A DNA stretch of 63,736 nucleotides, the filler included, from Atractiella rhizophila (taxonomy: Eukaryota), in assembly GCA_021432655.1 (NCBI GenBank). It is 3 parts of 3 records of this genome, joined end to end, with 100 filler letters (N's around TTAATTAATTAA, not from the genome) between each part and the next. Parts side by side here need not be neighbours in the genome. Positions count along the whole stretch, not along the records: positions 44,948 to 63,736 come from MU271856.1; 2 more parts are not named here. One strand, given 5' to 3'. Made by a program: the position numbers and the translations under genes. The notes beneath the pieces are model-generated. The model was given only the letters and a program-made list of their open reading frames with translations, ran no database searches and was not told the DNA's origin. This document shows, piece after piece, positions 61,261-63,736 of this stretch (within the stretch, counting starts at the first letter, position 1; every line of letters begins with the position of its first letter).

Positions 61261-62199
61261 TGTTTACAGCTCCATCATCTTCAAATCTCTCAGTTTATTC
61301 GCCCTTCTTCCTTCTTTCTTCTCTTTCATGAAGGGTGAGATCAGAGCCTGAAAGGATGTCTGGTAAGAAATGTGATTAGAAACTAAGGAACATACCTTTG
61401 CAACCAGGTTGAGGACATGATTGAGGCATCAGATTTGGTATTCTTGCCCCTTAAAGGAGGGACTGACAGAGTCACATCAAGAAAATGTCCACTCCCCACT
61501 GAGGGGCATTGTTGATGGTCCGTGGCTTTGCACTCCCCGTTACAAAGCACACATTTGAAAGAGAGATGAAAGCACTTTAAGGTTGGGTGGCACCGTGATG
61601 GTGGAGGATATTTGAGGTCAGGCAGTGATGTCATGGTTGTGGATTTCAGATTTCGGTATGTCCGAATTGGCTTCAAAATCGTGAAGGTTGAGTTGGGTTG
61701 AATTCCTGGATAATGACTGAGAAACTCTTTATGTAAATGTCGAGACCTTTGGAAAAAATGTGAGAGACGATAACAAAAGTTCCGCTTAATCACGATCGTG
61801 GAAAGAGGCCAGCATGCCCCACGTTGAGAAGCAACAGATTCTTCGGAAGAGGCTGTCTCATGGGTTCAGGATGTAAGCCTTGGCGAGAGCTGCTTGGGGT
61901 TCAAAATCAGAGACTTTTGTGAGTAGGGATGGGTATCGTATCGTCGTTTTCGGAGCACTTCCAGACGGGACGTGCCCTTGTCTCGGCTCGTACCGTACCG
62001 CCATCAGTTTTTCAGCCTCAGAGACTGATGGAGGCCGGCTAAAGACAGCATAGGATGACAGAATCCGTGTTACATGCTCAATTCTATGAGTGTATAATGT
62101 GTAAAATAAAGTCAGCTCATCTGACCATGACGAACCTCTTGCAATATCATTCTCCATTGCCTTTACCTCCTTTGCAATTCCATGAGGTGAGACTTTCGC

Positions 62200-63015
62200 T
62201 GCACTCGCAGTGTGGTCTTGAGCATAATGAGGTCACTTATACTTTTGGATCCAAGCAACAATGTCATAAACCAATGGTATCGCGAGCTCCAGAAAAGATC
62301 CGCTCAACTGCCACAGCACACCCTATCAACATTTATATCAGCTGCACTCAATGCGGAGATACTTACCTGGAATAGCCAAGATATCTCGAGCCAAATGTGC
62401 AAGGTTTTCAAGGTTGTGTGTTGACTGTACTTCCAAAAGGCTAACAGATCAGAGTCCCACGCCAAAGCTTCGAACCTAAACAAATAATTGATCTCCTTCA
62501 TCACAGCTTCTTCAGCTCCTGCTCCTGGGCCTTGCTGAATCGTAGCAAGGAAATTAGCGGTCAGGTTTACCCTTCCTTTCATTGACTTTGGGAGCGGCTG
62601 CAGTTGAGAAGGAATGGGTTGTGAAGAGGTGCTGGGAGCTTTGTAGGACTGATTCCGAAAGAGGTTAATGAAGTTCTGTTTGTGCTGCTCAATCTCATCA
62701 CGTTCGGAGTCAAACATGGAGGAGTCCAAGAAAGAGACACCAAGACGAGGATCACAGACTGCTCCATGTCTTAATTGGCATGGAAAGAAGGTCAAGAAAT
62801 GATGCACTAATCGCATAGATGTAATACAGCGAGAGATCAAATCGATAATGGTAATCACACAACTTGTAATAGCAGTCAAGAAGAGCTTGGCGATACTCCT
62901 TGTCTACTACTGTATTTGTGAGCCTAGAGATTTCTTCCTTGAGGAATCTGAGGAGAGAGTGGTACACCCCTCCATTTGAGTGGGTTGGAAGAACCTCTCC
63001 GTGCATGGTTAACAA
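62200..63015 (-). pseudogene. hAT transposase remnant, C-terminal dimerisation domain
   Basis: YYKLCDYHYRFD..YYI, DPR, DLLAFWK, HLARDILAIPG-intron-AVERIFSGARDTIGL*. Confidence 0.85.
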
Positions 63016-63736
63016 GGGGAAACCCTCGGGTTCCTAAGCTTGGAGGAGCTTCCTATACCCACCTGCATGTGAGCCCTATGGGTAGGGGGTGGGGAAGGTC
63101 AGGGGTTTGATGGATTCCCAAATCCATATACCTAATCACCACTTCCCGGACTTTCAAACCATTGGAGCTTGAGGAAGGCATAGAATCAAGGAAATGAATA
63201 GGAAGAGGGAAGGGAGAAGAGAACTCCACAGGAACCTAACAATGTGCAATGTGTTAGCATCTTTCGGCTTGATTGGAATAGCAAGGTCCTTAGGATGATT
63301 CATAAATTCTTTGCACTGAACCGGACCTAGAACATTGCTAGAAAGGAGTGTATATACTAGTAGAAGAGGTTGAAGAACATGCCAGTAAATAGTGGTGAGC
63401 ATACTATGTAGTTGTCAAAAGAGTGAGGACGGTGTATAGTGCTGACACTTTCCTCGCAAATTAATTGGGTCTTTTGTATTGTGGAAGTACTCACATTGAG
63501 CTTTTAACAATAGAAATACATGTCATTGCACTAGATATTAGAAAATAACTAAGAGGAAGCTGACAGGGGGCATCTGGAGGAGCCTGGAGGAGACAACACA
63601 TCAAGGAGGAAGTGTACATTGAGCATATGCCTCCTGGAGGAGGTCGAAGCTCAACTTATGCCTCCACGGGCCTCCACAATGTGATTTGAGATACAATTAC
63701 CTCCATGAAACTACTTCTGCCCTGAGGATGAGCCAT

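Overview
Eukaryotic, intron-dense fungal genomic DNA. A basidiomycete, probably Pucciniomycotina, is inferred from the short introns, GTNCGT donors and an ER Hsp90. The window is three unrelated contigs joined by artificial 100-nt N/TTAATTAATTAA/N spacers (22503-22602, 44848-44947). Contig 1 has a hAT-like transposon end, then a Tyr-type GST, a CASTOR-like ACT protein, ALKBH6, a DHA1 MFS transporter, a Bet1 SNARE, a CYP63/CYP52-like P450, a quinone oxidoreductase, xylulokinase, an F-box-like protein, Mrs2/Lpe10 and Bur1 kinase. Contig 2 has a DUF3431-like membrane protein, CZIB/DUF866, GRP94 (HDEL), Tma22, a CaMK-like kinase, kynurenine aminotransferase, Vps28, a Zn2Cys6 factor and the 5' part of MRE11. 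Contig 3 has a 63-bp minisatellite, a Sit4/PP6 phosphatase, a decaying CACTA/EnSpm transposase with a divergent unknown partner gene, and several hAT remnants. The most notable observation is a 402-nt MRE11 intron, several times the usual length here, with sense-strand stems (G.U wobbles, two UUAUCGU-capped hairpins) that match no ncRNA family I recognise. All gene models were spliced by eye and no searches were run.
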